Positions 30,101 to 45,100 of a stretch of 64,000 nt of DNA are shown here, in pieces; the stretch's first letter is position 1, and the number at the start of each line of letters is the position of its first letter. The notes under the pieces are model-generated. The model was given only the letters and a program-made list of their open reading frames with translations. It was not told the DNA's origin and searched no databases. This DNA is from Isurus oxyrinchus (Eukaryota), in the NCBI GenBank assembly GCA_026770705.1, contig JANJGN010000034.1:4588001-4652000 (forward strand), in the 5' to 3' direction. The translations under genes were made by a program, and so were the position numbers.

Positions 30101-33100
30101 AAGAATGAGCTCCTGTTGTTTTGGGTCTTTTTGCCTCGTTCCAGAGCTGAAATCATGCAAAGAATCTTTGAAAGATTTAGGTGAGAAAACAAAATTGTGA
30201 AACTCTCGCCTGTTGATGGGGCAATGAATTGATCTGGGGGACAAATGTTTTTGCCGGACCGTTTTCTCCAAGACGCATTCCCTGCACCATTTACTTCTGC
30301 AGTTTAGACGTCAAGTGTGGTGTTTAACAACAGGGAGTATAAAATGCCAGCCGTTCTGTACTTTCATCAGAGAGATGTTTGTGGGGCCATTTGACGGAAT
30401 GTCGCAAAGTATTATTGAAATTACTAATCAACACTTATATTCTAGCTAGTACAGGCAGCAATTGCAATTATTATCTATAATGGCATTGCTGCTGATAAAC
30501 TGAGCTGTTGACACTCAAATGCAATAATTTCAATTTTCAGAAGAAAAGCTGAAATCAACGCAAACGGGTATTAAACGTTCTGACACAACTACGATTTTGC
30601 AAAACAAAATGTTTTAATTAGGATGGAACAAGAGACCTTCAGCCAAATTCATATATTTAATTGCATTATGTTTACACAATATTGCAAGGGTAACGTAAAT
30701 CTGAGTGTCGTGGAATGTTACTGGTGCTGTGTATGATAATAGCAATAGATGTGACGATGTTAATGCTGATTATTCATTTTTAAAAACATCTGTCTTTTTG
30801 CCAGGTTCGATTGCATGATACTGACCAGATTTCTATAATTAGAGAGTCAATTACCTTTAGGTGTTCTTAACTATTTAATACCCGAGGGATTCACATAGTT
30901 CTTGAAAAAGTTGGTGCGACATTGGTCCTCGGAGGCAACAACAGTGGATTGCATTGTCTGTTATGGTTGCATACCGTTGACCCAATTGGCCTTTCCCTTG
31001 CCATAAGTGCAAAACAAGAATCATGCAAAATGTTAGAGCACTTCCCAGGTGAGGGAACTTGAGGTCAATAAATATTTATGATATATATGAAGTGATCTGT
31101 TCTTCTTCCTTTACAGACCTGGATGGTGTCAGAAAAGTCGCTCATGACTCAGGTTAGCACACGCGTGGTGGGTTCGGAAGGCAGCTTCATCAATTGGATT
31201 AAGTGAGAAGAATAGTTTTGCACACAGATTTAAACTAATGTTAACCCGCTGAAACAGAATGTCGAGTTTCGTTTTCCTCAAGATTCTGCCACAATAATAC
31301 GATGCCATTATCCAGAAGAATAAATAGAAGGTTAGCATTAAATTCATATTTGTATTTATTGAAAGTGAGGACTGAATTGAAAGGGGCAATGGCGGGTTTG
31401 TAAATATTCAGATTGCCGTTTTTCAACTGTTAATTTGCAATCCAAATGTTAACATTAGTGAACTGAGAAATGTCAGACGTCAGAAACTGTTAGTTTTTCA
31501 AGGTTAAACTGGTTTTCGTCCCGATCGGTGGCACAATTCAGCCTTAGATATGTAATAGAACATAGAATTAATGTGCTGGAGCAGCTCCGATCTTGCAGAA
31601 GTAAGTCACGATCAGAGGTACTGTTCACAAGTTAAATTGTGCATTAGAAATATAAATACCAAATCTAAATATAGGAGTCCAAACTTTCAGATGATACAAC
31701 TAATCTACTGGCATGATTTTTTGAAAGCATGTGAACTGTTTCTGGCTTCGGGAAGGGACATTTTTTTTTTTTACTAAACCTACCTCAGCATAAACGTGGT
31801 AGGCAATTATATAACGAAGTGCAATTTTCAGCTCCCAGTGAGCAAATTTAGATGTTTTTTCTCTAAAATTGAATAAGTTCCAGTTATAACTGGTAGGCTG
31901 AAAAACATTTTTGGAAAGCACTTGTCCAGAAGGACTAAATGTTTTGGAAGTTTGCATTAGATTCTAATACCAGCTGTCCCCGATAAAAGAAAGGCGAAAC
32001 GTTTCTGACAAATGTGGAAACACTGAAACTGAGAGTGTGATTTTCTCTTCGATGGAAACAGATTTTGTTTTACATTATTTCCATTAATGCAGAACTCAAT
32101 TCATAAAACAATCTTAAAAAGATATGATGAACCGAGTGATCCGAGTGATTCATAACTCAAAGCAAAGTTATTCACTAAATAAGTGTAGAATGAAGTTCCG
32201 TTTAGACATACGTGCGCATCCAAGAACAGGGAATGGCATGTTTGCGTGTGTGGTGTGTGTGCGGATAAATAATCGGCTGTCATTTAAAAGTTTAGCATTC
32301 ACTGCTTTGAAGTGGATTTTTGCATACCCATCGGGGACAAAGATTCGAAAGTCGTTTATCCTTAATTGCCCAAGATAACAGTACTGGGAATGTCCTGAAT
32401 TGAAGCGCAAGAAGGCCCACATTGTGACGTCCCATTAGAATACAGCAAATTCCTCCCAAATCGCTGGAGCAGAAATGAGGAACTTGCGAAAACAAGGGAA
32501 ATTGTCCTCTTCAAATTTAGTGAAAATCGTTGCAGGCTTTTAATCTATGCACCTTGGTATGGTAATCGATGAATAACGACCTCAATTTTGGAAAGTTGCA
32601 GTGAGCAGGAGCATCCACATTCCATGTCGTTCTTTGTTCCATTTCCTCCATGCAACTCGGGCTTGGACTTTTTAATGACATCTCACTTCTAATCTTTACG
32701 TCTAATTTCACGATGTTGCCTTTTATTACTCTCTTCAGTATTGACCAATAGTCGGAAAGGTTAACCAATATCTCTTAAGTTGAATACTTAACTCCACTTA
32801 GGCGCTTGAATTGGGTTACCATTAAGGTATAAAACATTGAATTCAAGTGTCTTCTTCGGAAGAAGAAAGCTTCATAATGCAAATCGCAGATCCTGGCTAT
32901 AATCATCATCAATCCGCAGGAACTACTTCCAAGCACATTAATTATTGCGATGCCCAGAGGTGAAACTAGGAATCTAGATTAATCAGGCCTGTGCTTTATC
33001 TAACTTTCGTGCTTATAAAGGCGAAGATTCTGAATAACCTCGTGAAGTTAGTCAATGATTATTGTAATCTAATTTTGTCCAATTTATTTTAACAGATCAA

Positions 33101-36100
33101 AAAATAAAATCAGAGGAGAATGGTAATTCATTTTGAAATCATATTTAAAATGTGCTTAGGCATTCGTAATTTTCCTCTTCCTGCCCTCGGCCCACAAGAG
33201 GCAGATGCAGAAGGCGATGTTGGGAATATACCTCGACGGGAATTAGATAACCGGTTCAGGATTGAACAGCCTTCATTTCGATGCTTCAGCGTTGCCAGCT
33301 GTACTCTGTACAGCTGAACTACACTAACTTCTCCGTGACAGTTACATTATGATGGCCGATATTGTAGCCCGTGAGTTATTCTATGCGTGGTTCGCTCCTT
33401 CTGTCACATTTTGCCGTAGTTGTTGCTGAATTTCTGCAACTTCAAATTGTGATACAAACAGGGAGGGGTGGTCAATGACCGGGGCATAAATGAAAATGGC
33501 ATGACTGAATTTATTTTTCGGCATTATCACCTGATAACCCTTAACCATCTATCTGGTCAGTGTAAATTAAATTGCAAGCGTTTTCTTCAAGTAGGCGGAG
33601 GATTCGATCCATTGTGTCAATGCCAAAGATTTGTTAGGCCTCCCTTGCTCTCTTGACAATACAGTGTGTTATATTATGCAAAACCTTTTTTAGTACTTTC
33701 TGAAAGAGGAGAAAAGGGGGCACACACTAAAACTAAGCTGAATTTACAACACAGTCCATCCCATCATCCTTTCCTTTAATCGGAGCTCGCTCCAACATTA
33801 TAATTGCGCAAGACATTTTCGCTCCTCCAGTTTTAGTCAAATTGTGCACCATCGATTGCCTCCACTTAAAATCTTTCGGGATGACCGTCTAGTGCTTCTG
33901 AGCTCGTCACTGGGATTTCCTCCTATGAAAACAAATCTCTTCTGCTCTACTGTCCATTCTTGTGTCAAGACATTCCTTAACACATACGCCTTTGATAGAC
34001 CTCGGCTACAAGTCCAGTTACGGGCTTTGAGCCTCATCTTCAAATTTCTTCTGCACACATTTCATTGCAAAATCAACAATTTAAAGCATTTCATATTGTT
34101 TTAGTACGTGGAAGGCGTGATATCAAAGCAAGGAAAACTCGTTCTAAATTAATCTGCTGATACTTAGCGATTTTCCCCACTGCAGAGTTCATCCAATGCA
34201 AAGAATCTTTGAAAGTTTTAGGTGAGGTTATCGATTTGTATTCTGGAAACGATTGCACAATTGCATGGCAAGGATATCATATTTGAGAGAAACGTAGGGG
34301 AAGTGAAGTTGTGTTTACATCCCGTTTTAACAAATAACCATTTTTGGCTCAATTGACTCGTCGGTCGTTAAAAATAAACCGGAGCGCAGAACAGATGGTC
34401 AATACAATACCACAAGATCAGCAAATACCCCCGGCAAGTATTGCCAGCGCCACATGTCAGGTTGTAATGAACTTTCATTCCAGTTTACAATGCACAGCAC
34501 CGTTATCCTATCATCCATATGGCACAGAATTAGTCAGCTATTACGACTGCTTTGAAAAGAAAAAACAATATTGGCAATGAATTAAGCTGTTGAATCTCAA
34601 AGTCAACAACTTCTGCATTGCAGATCAAGAGCTGAAAGCGAAGCACAAAGGTACTTTTTTTTTCAGATCGACTAAACAAATGCATTATGACAGGCATTAG
34701 CAAAAAAAAAAAAAGATTATGTAAGCCAGCAGTCTTGCCGTTCAATTTGCTTACATACTTTGTACAGCATTGCATTTAAACCGAGACACAAATCAAGCCA
34801 CCACAGGAATGTAGACAAAGCAGTTTCGACATTGGCAAATGCAGGAATAAACGGTGATGGCACTACAAATATATAGATGTGGAATGTTATTAAGGTTGAC
34901 CTTTTTTATTATATATAATTATGCATTCTCAGAACAAAAAATTCAAAGTAGAGTGAAATGCATTTCCCTTTTTTATTTAGCAGCTTCCTGTCTGAGAAAT
35001 GACCGCTGTTCTATCAGTTAAAGGCATATGTTGACAATCCTCTTCGGAGTCAACCAACATGTGATGCCGTGGGATGCCTTTTTTTTTATTACAGTCGACT
35101 CAACATTTCTTTCTTTTGCCATTAGAGGGAAACATGCAACATGTGGGAGTATTGTATTATTCATTAGGCAAATAATCACCATCTGAATTAATATGCAACA
35201 TTGGATTTGCAGAAGGGAAGCGTCACAAGACAATACGAAGCGCTTGCTCTTGTGAATTTTTTTCAGTTTAAATGAAGTTTGAGATATTGTTGCAGGTGTT
35301 GAATTAAATGGCATCCATCGTCACGTAACCAATGATTTGGGCAGAAGTGCAGGAATTTCGTGACTTGAAATCTTTTGATTGTGGGTGTCTGAAGGGGACT
35401 GTTCTTCTTTCAAGAACTGGATAAGGTCAATAAAGGCACCGAAGACTCAGGACAGCACGCAAATAATGCTGCTGCCTTGGCATCATTTATTGAGGGAATG
35501 ATATAAATTGTGTACTGCACTTCTGATCCCAGAAAATAAAGTAAGGTGGGATTAACTCAGCGAAATAGAGAGCCTGGCCGGGTTCATAAATGAGCAATTT
35601 CCATCAAACCCTTCAGAATAAATCAAACATTTATTCTTATGTTTTGTTGCAAGCGGACATTTAGTCATATTTCATGTGAATTTAAATTGAGGACATCATT
35701 TGAAAGGGCTTGCTTGGCCTTGGCATCAGGTAAGGATGGCTTTGTGAGCTTATTATGTAAGGATCGATTTCCGATATTGTTATGTGCGAGGCACATATTG
35801 ACGTTATTGCTCTGAGAGTTTGGAGTGTTCTACAAACGTCCATCGATGAAGAACTCCCAGTTCTCATCTCTTCTAATGGAAAACATACACGTTTGTGTTT
35901 TCACCTGATAGAAAATAACATGAAGGAGGTACAGCAGCATCCATATGGGAAACAAGCCTGGGCTGTGGACAGATTCCACCCAGAGAATTAGCACGTGGCG
36001 AATAGGGATACTAATTTCTGTTCATGTAAAACTAATCTCTCAAATGAAGTAACACAAGTCAGAACTATATTTCAACTAGCATCACGGGAGCCACTCTGGA

Positions 36101-39100
36101 ATTTGGAGATAATGAATTAAATTTTACTTAAGCAAACTCAGTAGAGGTAATAACTGCGCTGGGCAAGTTGGAAATTAAAGTGCTATGTCTGCTGATGTTT
36201 AATCCTAAATTTGTTAAATTAACTGAGCGCCCATTTTGATCAGAGGATAAAATAATAGCTTATTTTGCGCCTTATATTAGTCAATGAACTTGGCCATTAA
36301 TTTATAGTTGAGCAACTTAAACTAAATTTGAAATGAAAATATATTAGCAAAGCACTTACTCTGATTTATTCAATTGTATCATCACTTGTTGATATATTTC
36401 ACTCTCTTCAGCTATATTACATTCTACTTTTTCATTGCTGTGTTGCTGTGTCAGATTCTTCTGACGCACTATTTAGGATCTTCCACTGCCGGAATTTCCC
36501 GTTTTTTAAAAAATTGTATTTAATTCTCTTCTCTGCTGCTGCTTTTTCTTTGTTGCAATTATTGCGTTTGGCATTGTCAATTGTTCAATCGCTATTATGA
36601 AATTCTCTGTTATTTCCAATACAGCTGCTGCGGGTAGTTACTGCACAGTTTTTAACATCTCTTCTCCAATGTTCTTTGGTGCACTTCCACATCAATGAAT
36701 AATATGATTGAATATTACTACCTTCTGGACAGGAGCAAATCATAATTGAGGAGTCAGCGTAAAGCTATGGAAAATGTAATGCATGCCTGTTGATTATGAT
36801 AACCTGAAATTGCGTCCTTGCATTCCAGAGTTAGGTGACTGCCTGGAAGCTTTAAAAAAAATAGGTGCGTCGTCTTTTTCATACCTATGCAGTTCCCATT
36901 AAGAGAAATTCGACTCAAAGTAAAAAGAGGCATTTGAAACTCCCGGATAGAAACTTCAATGCTGATTGCTATGAAGCGCTAAATTCTTAACTGGGTTGAT
37001 TTGCAATATTCATGTTGATATGTGTGTCGGCGTGGAGGATTTGATTTAAATAATATATATTTGTTCAATCGAAGTGGCGGCCACTGACGATCGTTGCCAA
37101 TCCGTAACTGCTCGTGAGAATGTCTTATGGAGCTGCTTTCTTGAACCGCTGGAGCACATGTGATGAAGGTGCACCTTAGGGATGGATTCGAGGATTTCAA
37201 TCAAGCAACAATTTCCACGTGCAAACGTCTATCAAGCATTAACCACTATTTTCTTTCGTACACACTATTATCCTTTTCCAATGCCGTGAGTATAAGAACA
37301 GTGGGGTAAACAAGTAGTTTTCAACAGAAGCCAGAAAATGGGTGAATCCGGATAAGAAGTCCGTAATAGGCTCAGCCATATATTACGCTCCTTAATTTCA
37401 ATATAACTGAATGGAAATCTACGTGCATTCAGGCTACTTCCGATTTATTGTAAAGATGTGTTTCAGGGACCTCACCAGTTCATAGAATCATATCATAGAT
37501 ACAACCGAATTTCCCTGCACCTCCTGAATTAAAGCTAAAATCTATGTCCAATCGTACTTACACCACCAGCTAATTTGAACAGTTTTTGCTACTCTTCCTT
37601 ACGGAAACATACCATACACATTCACGTTCACATTTAATCTCCTCTCAGTCACATTTGCTTCAAGGAGAACAACCAAAATTTGTCCAAAGTAACTTTATAG
37701 ATCAAACATTCCGTGCCATTTCCGACCGTTTCCGTCGTGAAACATCTGTGCTACATCCACTCAAGCACTCTCATACCCTTCTTCAATGTTGGTAAGCGGA
37801 ACTGGAGGCAACATTATATTTGGCACCTAACTAGAACTGTCCTAAATTTCAACATAGAATTCATGCTTTTGTTTTCAATGCCTCCATTAGCAATTCCAAT
37901 TACGTTTGTGAACCACTCGTTTACCATATCCTATCACCTACAAAACTCAATCCACATGCACCCGTGTACTTCTATGTCTACACACGCTTTAGAATTGTTC
38001 TATGATACAGATGCATTTTTCTCCACCCATTGCACCCAAGTGCTTCAACTCACAGTACATTATATTGAATTTTGTCTGCTGCGTGCTTGCCCAATCCGCC
38101 CATCCATTCCATGCTATTGCGACATCCAAACCCTGTATAATGGAGTAAAGAAAAATCAGTGGTATTGGAAGTAACCCTTGGGGAATTCAATATCTAACAT
38201 CCAGCAGCCTGGGGGTATTGGGGGGATGGGGGTGGGGTGTGGTGCTGCAGGGGGTAATGCATATTTGCTCCTTTCTGCACAGGAGAAAATTTGCATCCAA
38301 CAATTCTTATATCGCTCTCCCATGATCCTAAATGCTGTTTGTCAACCTGGTTAGGATTACCTTTTGACAGTATAAGTTATTTTAATACATACGGGGAGTT
38401 TCATCTCATCGCTTTTATCAACATCTCTGCTGCTTCTTCACAACTGTGATTAAATTATTCAAACATGATCACAATATATAAGCTCGCCAAGGAGATCAAC
38501 GTTTGATATACCGAGTGGTTCGCACGTCTGGGATTAATGCCCTCTGTTATTTTGCATTTTCTCTCAGGTCTAATATAAGCAAAAAAACTAGTTTATAAAT
38601 AATATGTAAAACAACACAGCACAGTAATGGCGCCACTTGCAGTTCTGTCAGGAGGCAGCCTAGCAGCCAATTCTGGCATCTTAAATTCTAGACAATCTAA
38701 AATGTATTGTTTTATTTTTTTTCCCTAACAGAAGAAAAGCTAAAATTAAAAAGTACAGGTAGATGCAATAATGTTCATTTTGTAGAAGGAACAGCCGTTC
38801 ATTATGTGACCATTGTCCCTGTGTAACATGTGTTTGACAGGGTCATAACGTCATAGAGATATGTTTCACGGAAAGAGGCCCATCAGCCCATCCTGCCCGC
38901 GCCGGAGATCAAGTCACAGTCTACATTCATCCCATTTTCCAGCACTTGGCTCATACCCGTGAATGCTATGGAATGTCAAGTGTTCCTCTAAGATTTTAAT
39001 TCATGTGGTGGGTGTCCGCCTCTACCACCTTTTCAGGCAGTGATTTCCAGGTGTGCCCTTTCCTCTGCGTGGAAAAAATAATAATTTTCACCCCTCTAAG

Positions 39101-42100
39101 TCCCTTACCTTAAATCTATGCTCCCTTTCATCCTCTAACGGGAAATGGTTCTTCCTATCCTTCAAATCTACACCTCTCATAATTTTGTGCATCTCAATCA
39201 CATCCCCCCGAGCCTCCAATTCTCTAAGAAAAACAATCCCATCTGTCAAACTCTCTCCATAGCTGAAAAGCTCCAGCCTAGGTAGCATCCACGTGAATCT
39301 ACTCTGCACCTTCCCAAATGAAATTACGTCTTTCCTACAGTATGGCGACCAGAACTGCAGACAGTACTCCACATGAGGCCTAATCAAAATTTTATACAGC
39401 CCGATCATAACTATATTGCTCTTGCATTCAGTGTCTCGAAAACTATTTTCAGGATAGTATAGACATTAGTAACAAAATTATCTACGGGTCATGTGTCAGT
39501 CTAAGATCTATACACATACACACCAACGCCCCTCTGATCCCTTCTACTGCCTATGGTCCTGTAATAGACCCTGTACTCCCTTGACTTGTCAATCCTCCCA
39601 AAATACCTCATCTCAACTTTTCAGGATTTCATTTTATTTGACAATCTTCTGTCCATCTGACCAACATGTCTATGTCGTCCTTTCATATAAGGATTTCCAC
39701 CACGCTATTTACCACACCAGCAAATTCAGTGTCATCAGCAAACAGTCTAAACCTAAGTCCTACATTCATGTCTAGACCATTACGTACACGGCAAACAACA
39801 AGATATACAGCAGCGAGCCATGTGGTACGCCGGAGGACACAAGCTTCTGGTTTCAAAAGCAACGTTGTACCATGACACTCTGCCTCCTGTCCTTAATCCA
39901 ATTTTTGACCCAGTTTGCCAAAATGCCCTGGATCCCTTGGGCTCTTACCTTCTTGAACAGTCACCACTGCGAGGACATTTCAAAGCCTTACTTACGTCCA
40001 TTTAGTCTAACTCAACCACACTATCCGCATGTACCACATAGTCACCTCCTCAAAAAATTCGATAAAATTTGTTAAACCTGATGGCTACCAGTCAAAACTA
40101 TGCTGAGTAAAATTATTAATCATTGCATCTCCCAGTGGAGATTAATTAGGTCCTTCAGTTTTTATTTCCAAAAGATTCCCTACCACTGATGTTATATTGA
40201 CTGTACTTTAGTTTCTTGCTTTATCCATATGCTCATTTTGAATAATGGTGCCATGTTCGCTTTCCTCCAGTCGTCTGTCATCTCCCGTGTGGCCAGACGG
40301 TATTTGCAATTTGACATCAGGTTCCCTGTAACCTTCCGTTTGCTTACCACAGAAGCTGGGAATTATCACAGTGGGCAAAGGAATTATTGAATGTTAAGTC
40401 CCCTTAAAACTGCAACACTTGCTTCCTCTCTGTGCTAATTTGCTCATGTATATCATAGTCTCCCTTCCTGATTTCTCTACATCTTTCATCCTTCCCTACA
40501 GTGAATACCGAAGAAAATTGATTACTTAAAACAAAATCCACGTCTTGCAACTCTTCACACAGATTGTCAATGTGGCCCCGAATGGACTCTACTCTTTCTA
40601 ATGTTATACTCTTGCCCCTAACACACTTATAAAACCCTCTTTGAACTCGTTTATTTTACCCACCATTGTTTTACATGCCCACTCTTCGATCTAATTATTT
40701 AAAGTAACCTCCTACACTTTTTTTCACTCCTCTGGGGTTTCCACATTTTTCAGCCCTCAGTATGTAAAATAAGCGTTACTTTTTTTTCCCTAATTCAATC
40801 CTACACATTAATGGACTTACGGGGTTCTCTGGATATCCTGGCTCCATCTTGTGTCTTTACAGGAACATGTTGATCATGCACACTCACTATTTTATTTTTG
40901 AATGACTCCCAATTCTCTGAATAGATTTTCTACAAGTAGCTGGTCCCGGACCACTTTGGGCAGAACTTGATTTGCCATATTAAAATCGCTTTCACACCAA
41001 TTTAGAAACTTTGAATCCAGTCCATATTTGTCCTTTTACGTTAATACCATAAATATTACTTAGTTATGGCCGCAATCACTGAAAAGCTCCCCACAGACAT
41101 ATATACCACTTGCCCAGCTTCGTTCAATAAAGTTCAGTCCAACACTACTCCAGTTCCCTCTCTTATAGGACTTTCTACATGCTGACGTAAAAAGTGCATG
41201 GAGATCATTTTTAAGAATGCCTTCATGTCAAAGCCTTCCATACTTAGTCTATCCCAATCAAAATTTGGGAATTTAAACTCTCCTACTGTTATTGCCATAT
41301 TATTTTTACGCTTCTCTGCGTAAACATCTGCCCCTCCATACGTCCCTACCTCTTTGCAGGCCTATAGTACATTATAAGCAGTCTGATTGTCCTCTTCTTG
41401 TTAATGAGATCAACGTATATGACCTTGATTGAGTAACAATCGTAGGCATCAGCCATCCGTGTTGCTGCCATTGGCTCGTAGAACAATATTGCGACAACAG
41501 CAAATCTTTCACGCAACTAACACCCCGTGCAATCGCCCTTCCCACCACCCCCCACCCCACCCCCTCCCAACACCATCCACACCACCACCGCCTGAAGATT
41601 GTATACCTGGAATATTGATCTGCCAATCCTGTCCCTTCCTCAACCACATAGGTGTGAGATCAACGGTATTGTATCCCAATGTTTTAATCAACACCTGCGG
41701 CTCATATGCTTTACTTGCAAGACCGCGTAAATTATGAGAAAGGTCTCCAGCTTTTCCTTGCTCCCCATATACCATTATTTGACCATCTCTGCTCTGCCTT
41801 CTCGACCGACTTGATTTTTCCCCTCTATTTGCTGTGCATCACCCTCCACTATACATCCGCTCCTTACCCATTCCTCTGTCAAATTAGTTTAAAGCCATAC
41901 CAGCATTAAGACCAACACTCCTCCCTCCGCTCAACACCCAAGGCTGCTGGTGTCACTCCGGTTCAGGTTCAACCCGTCGGATTTGCACTTCTCCAGAGAA
42001 ATCACCTAAAGAACCAAAAAATTAAAGACCACTCTCCGGCATGAACGCTTCCTTCACGCATTCAGCAGTTCTAACCAACTATTGGGATACTCACTAGCAA

Positions 42101-45100
42101 GTGGCACAAAATCAATCAGAAGAGTATAACACTTGAGGACCTGCTTTCTAATCTGTAGCAAACTTCATCGGTTCTTGATGCAGGGTCTCATCCCTCTCCG
42201 TACCTATATCGTTAGTACCAATGTGAATGATGAACTCTGGCAGTTTGTCCTCCACCTACAGAATGCCCTGCATTCGGCCAGTGAAAACCTTCTCCCTAGA
42301 GCCTGGAGGGCAGCACAGATCCCTGGAGCCACGTATGCAGCCGCAGAAACACCTGTCTGTACCCCCTCACTAATGTGTCTCCTCCTACCATTGCTTTTCT
42401 CCCTTTCTCCTCGCCCTCGTGAAACTGGGCTTTGGCTGCTCTCCTCAGACGAACTGTCATTCACACCGTTTTCCAACACCCAAAAAAAAAAATGTTCTTG
42501 AGTGGGCAGCAGTTTGAGACTTCCCTGACTACCGACCTGTGTCCTTGCCGGGGTCACCAATTCCTTCCCTTACTGCATTCCCTTAAACTGCGGTGTGACC
42601 ATTTCTAAAAAATGCTCTATCCACATAGCTGTCTGGGCCGCAATTGCACTGCTGTGCCTCCAGCCAACACTCAAGCTCGGAAACCCGGCGCTCATGACTG
42701 TCCAAACTATCAGGAGTGTCCAAGATTCATATCTTTAGAACGGATTATGTTCATTACATTTTTACTCATATTTTACAATGCAATGAACTTAAAGTGCCGT
42801 TAGTGTTCATCTGGACTAATTCAATGAAGGGGCTCCATAAGATTGTTCTGAGGAAAATAGTTCTGCTTAAGAGCGCATCTAAAACAGAAAGCCACAGAAG
42901 TTTTACATTATAGTCACCAGTAGATCCAAAAGCAGTTATTCTTCGAACCTTTCCCAGGTTCTGGTAACAAGATGACATTCACCATCATGATGTTTTGTCA
43001 AGATTAATGGCCATGCTGTATTTAGGGTAAAGTTGCATTAAGAAATGCGAGCTGAGCAATATACAATGCTGGAAAATTGATGTGTGGTTAAACACGATAG
43101 ACAGTAAGACTCCAGTCATTAACTTATGCAAATGCCTCGGCGATTTCCATGGAAAAAGCCATTTATAATGCGTGAGGAGCCAAAGTCACGCATCACAAGT
43201 TCAAAAACATTTTCAAACCCTTATCTGTACCATGCTGAACTCGTTGTCAATAGCCATACCATTAACCAGGCAGCTGGAAAAAAAGTGCAATATCTGAAAA
43301 AGCAGTATTTGGTGATTCTGCGCTAGTAAATAATGTACTAACTGTGCATACTCGCCCATAATTTAAATGGATAAGTATGACATGTGACGAAATGCTCCCT
43401 ACTTGCACGGAAGGATGCAGCTCCAACAACCCTCAAGGAACTCGAAATTATATCAAGGCAAAAATTCCCGCTTTATTTGTACCCATTCCAGAACTGAAAA
43501 ATCCTCAAATCCACCCCCTGACCACGGATGTCAACAGTCTGCAGCAAAAAAAGAGCCCTGCTGCAGCACAGCAATTCTGCTGCGACAAGACCTTTAAGCT
43601 CGCAGTGTTTATCATCCAGAAGAGTGAGGCCATGAAGCACAATGGATCATCACCAACTTGCAAGTTCCCTTTCAAGAAAATCAATATCCTCGCAACTAAA
43701 TTTACCCCATTTTATCATCATCGTCACGCCCAACTCCGACATCATCACAGGTGACAGTGTTGGGACAGCATGAACATTGCATGAATTGCAGCAATTCAAC
43801 AACAAGGTTTTCTTCACCCTTTCAGTTGCAATCATTGTGAGGAATAAATGTTGATCTTATTACCAAGGACCAGACTCCATGATCAAACAGAAATGGAATT
43901 GGAGGAGAATGTTGCAGAACACCAGATAGCATGGAACAGTTGCTTCCACCTGGCCCACTCTATGAAGTAAAACCGAAGTCTTCTTTTAAATTGACATTGT
44001 GAAATTCAATGGCAAAGAACATTTAGCCTCAGTCGATTTCCCTGTGTTTTATCTTAACCTGCTGTGGTGCATAATGGACGATTATCTGTATATTCGCCAT
44101 ATTACGCTTTTTCTCTAAAACTGTCATGCTACAAATATTAGCATTTTTTAAGGATGAGGCGTTTCTTTAACATTAAGGGCAAAGCATTTATGCACATAAG
44201 TTTGTAGCAGAAATAAAATCATTGGCACTGAAGCCTATCCATAACTGCTCATCCAGGTGTGGAATTAATGCAAATATTGATTTTTTTATGTATTTCGGCT
44301 ACATTACATAAAATTAATTTGTGGTATGACATAACGTCAGAAGGTCAGAAGAGCTTCAGGGGAGACATCTTGAAACACATTGTGGAGAAAGTGGATATCA
44401 GTCTCCTAAGGGGTAGTTCAAACGACTAGTGTAGGAAAATGTAAAGATGATTAAATATATGTTCATTAAACATCATTAGTAGTTACTATGCATGTAGTTA
44501 CTTTGGAGTAGAAGTCTTTTGCAGAGATCAATTGCATAAGCACATATTTTGTTTTCACTAAATCCTATGCATTAGCACTGGGTAGAGGAGGATTTTTTTT
44601 TCTGAAAAATGACTGTTTCAAAATTAATTTAATGAAATTGCAGATCTTCTTAAATGCGAAGAATCTTCAAAAGAAACAGGTGAGCACTTTAATTCTTGTA
44701 CAGTTCTGATGCTGTTTGTTGAGAGAAAAAGGCAATTTCGATAAAGGCCGTTATACACATAAAACAATCAAAATTCCCATGAACTTCCATGCGTTTTTTC
44801 TTCGGCCCCTGTCCCAGTTGGCTGCACAGGATCAATTCCTGTCTAAATTGCTCAAGTTTGCCGAAGCTTTTATTCAATAGCCTCCTGGAACACATTTGCA
44901 TATGGTTGAAGGCAAACATCCAGTTCATAGAATCATATTATAGATACAACCGAATTTCCCTGCACCTCCTGAATTAAAGCTAAATTCTATGTCCAATCGT
45001 ACTTACTCCACCAGCTAATTTGAACAGTTTTTGCTACTCTTCCTTACGGAAACATACCATACACATTCACGTTCACATTTAATCTCCTCTCAGTCACATT

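Noticed and set aside
132-36864. Recurring 36-nt motifs as a CRISPR-like array
   Set aside because: Copies are divergent, hundreds to thousands of bases apart and bounded by splice signals; the DNA is eukaryotic and no cas genes are present.
37328-37354. Candidate 27-nt exon after tcaacag (AAGCCAGAAAATGG...)
   Set aside because: No GT at +27 and no match to the EEKLK motif; the nearer GT gives a frame-breaking 14 nt.
41530-41595. Poly-Pro/poly-Gly ORFs here and at ~48985, ~55390 and ~61470
   Set aside because: Produced by C- or G-rich simple tracts in introns or LINE debris.
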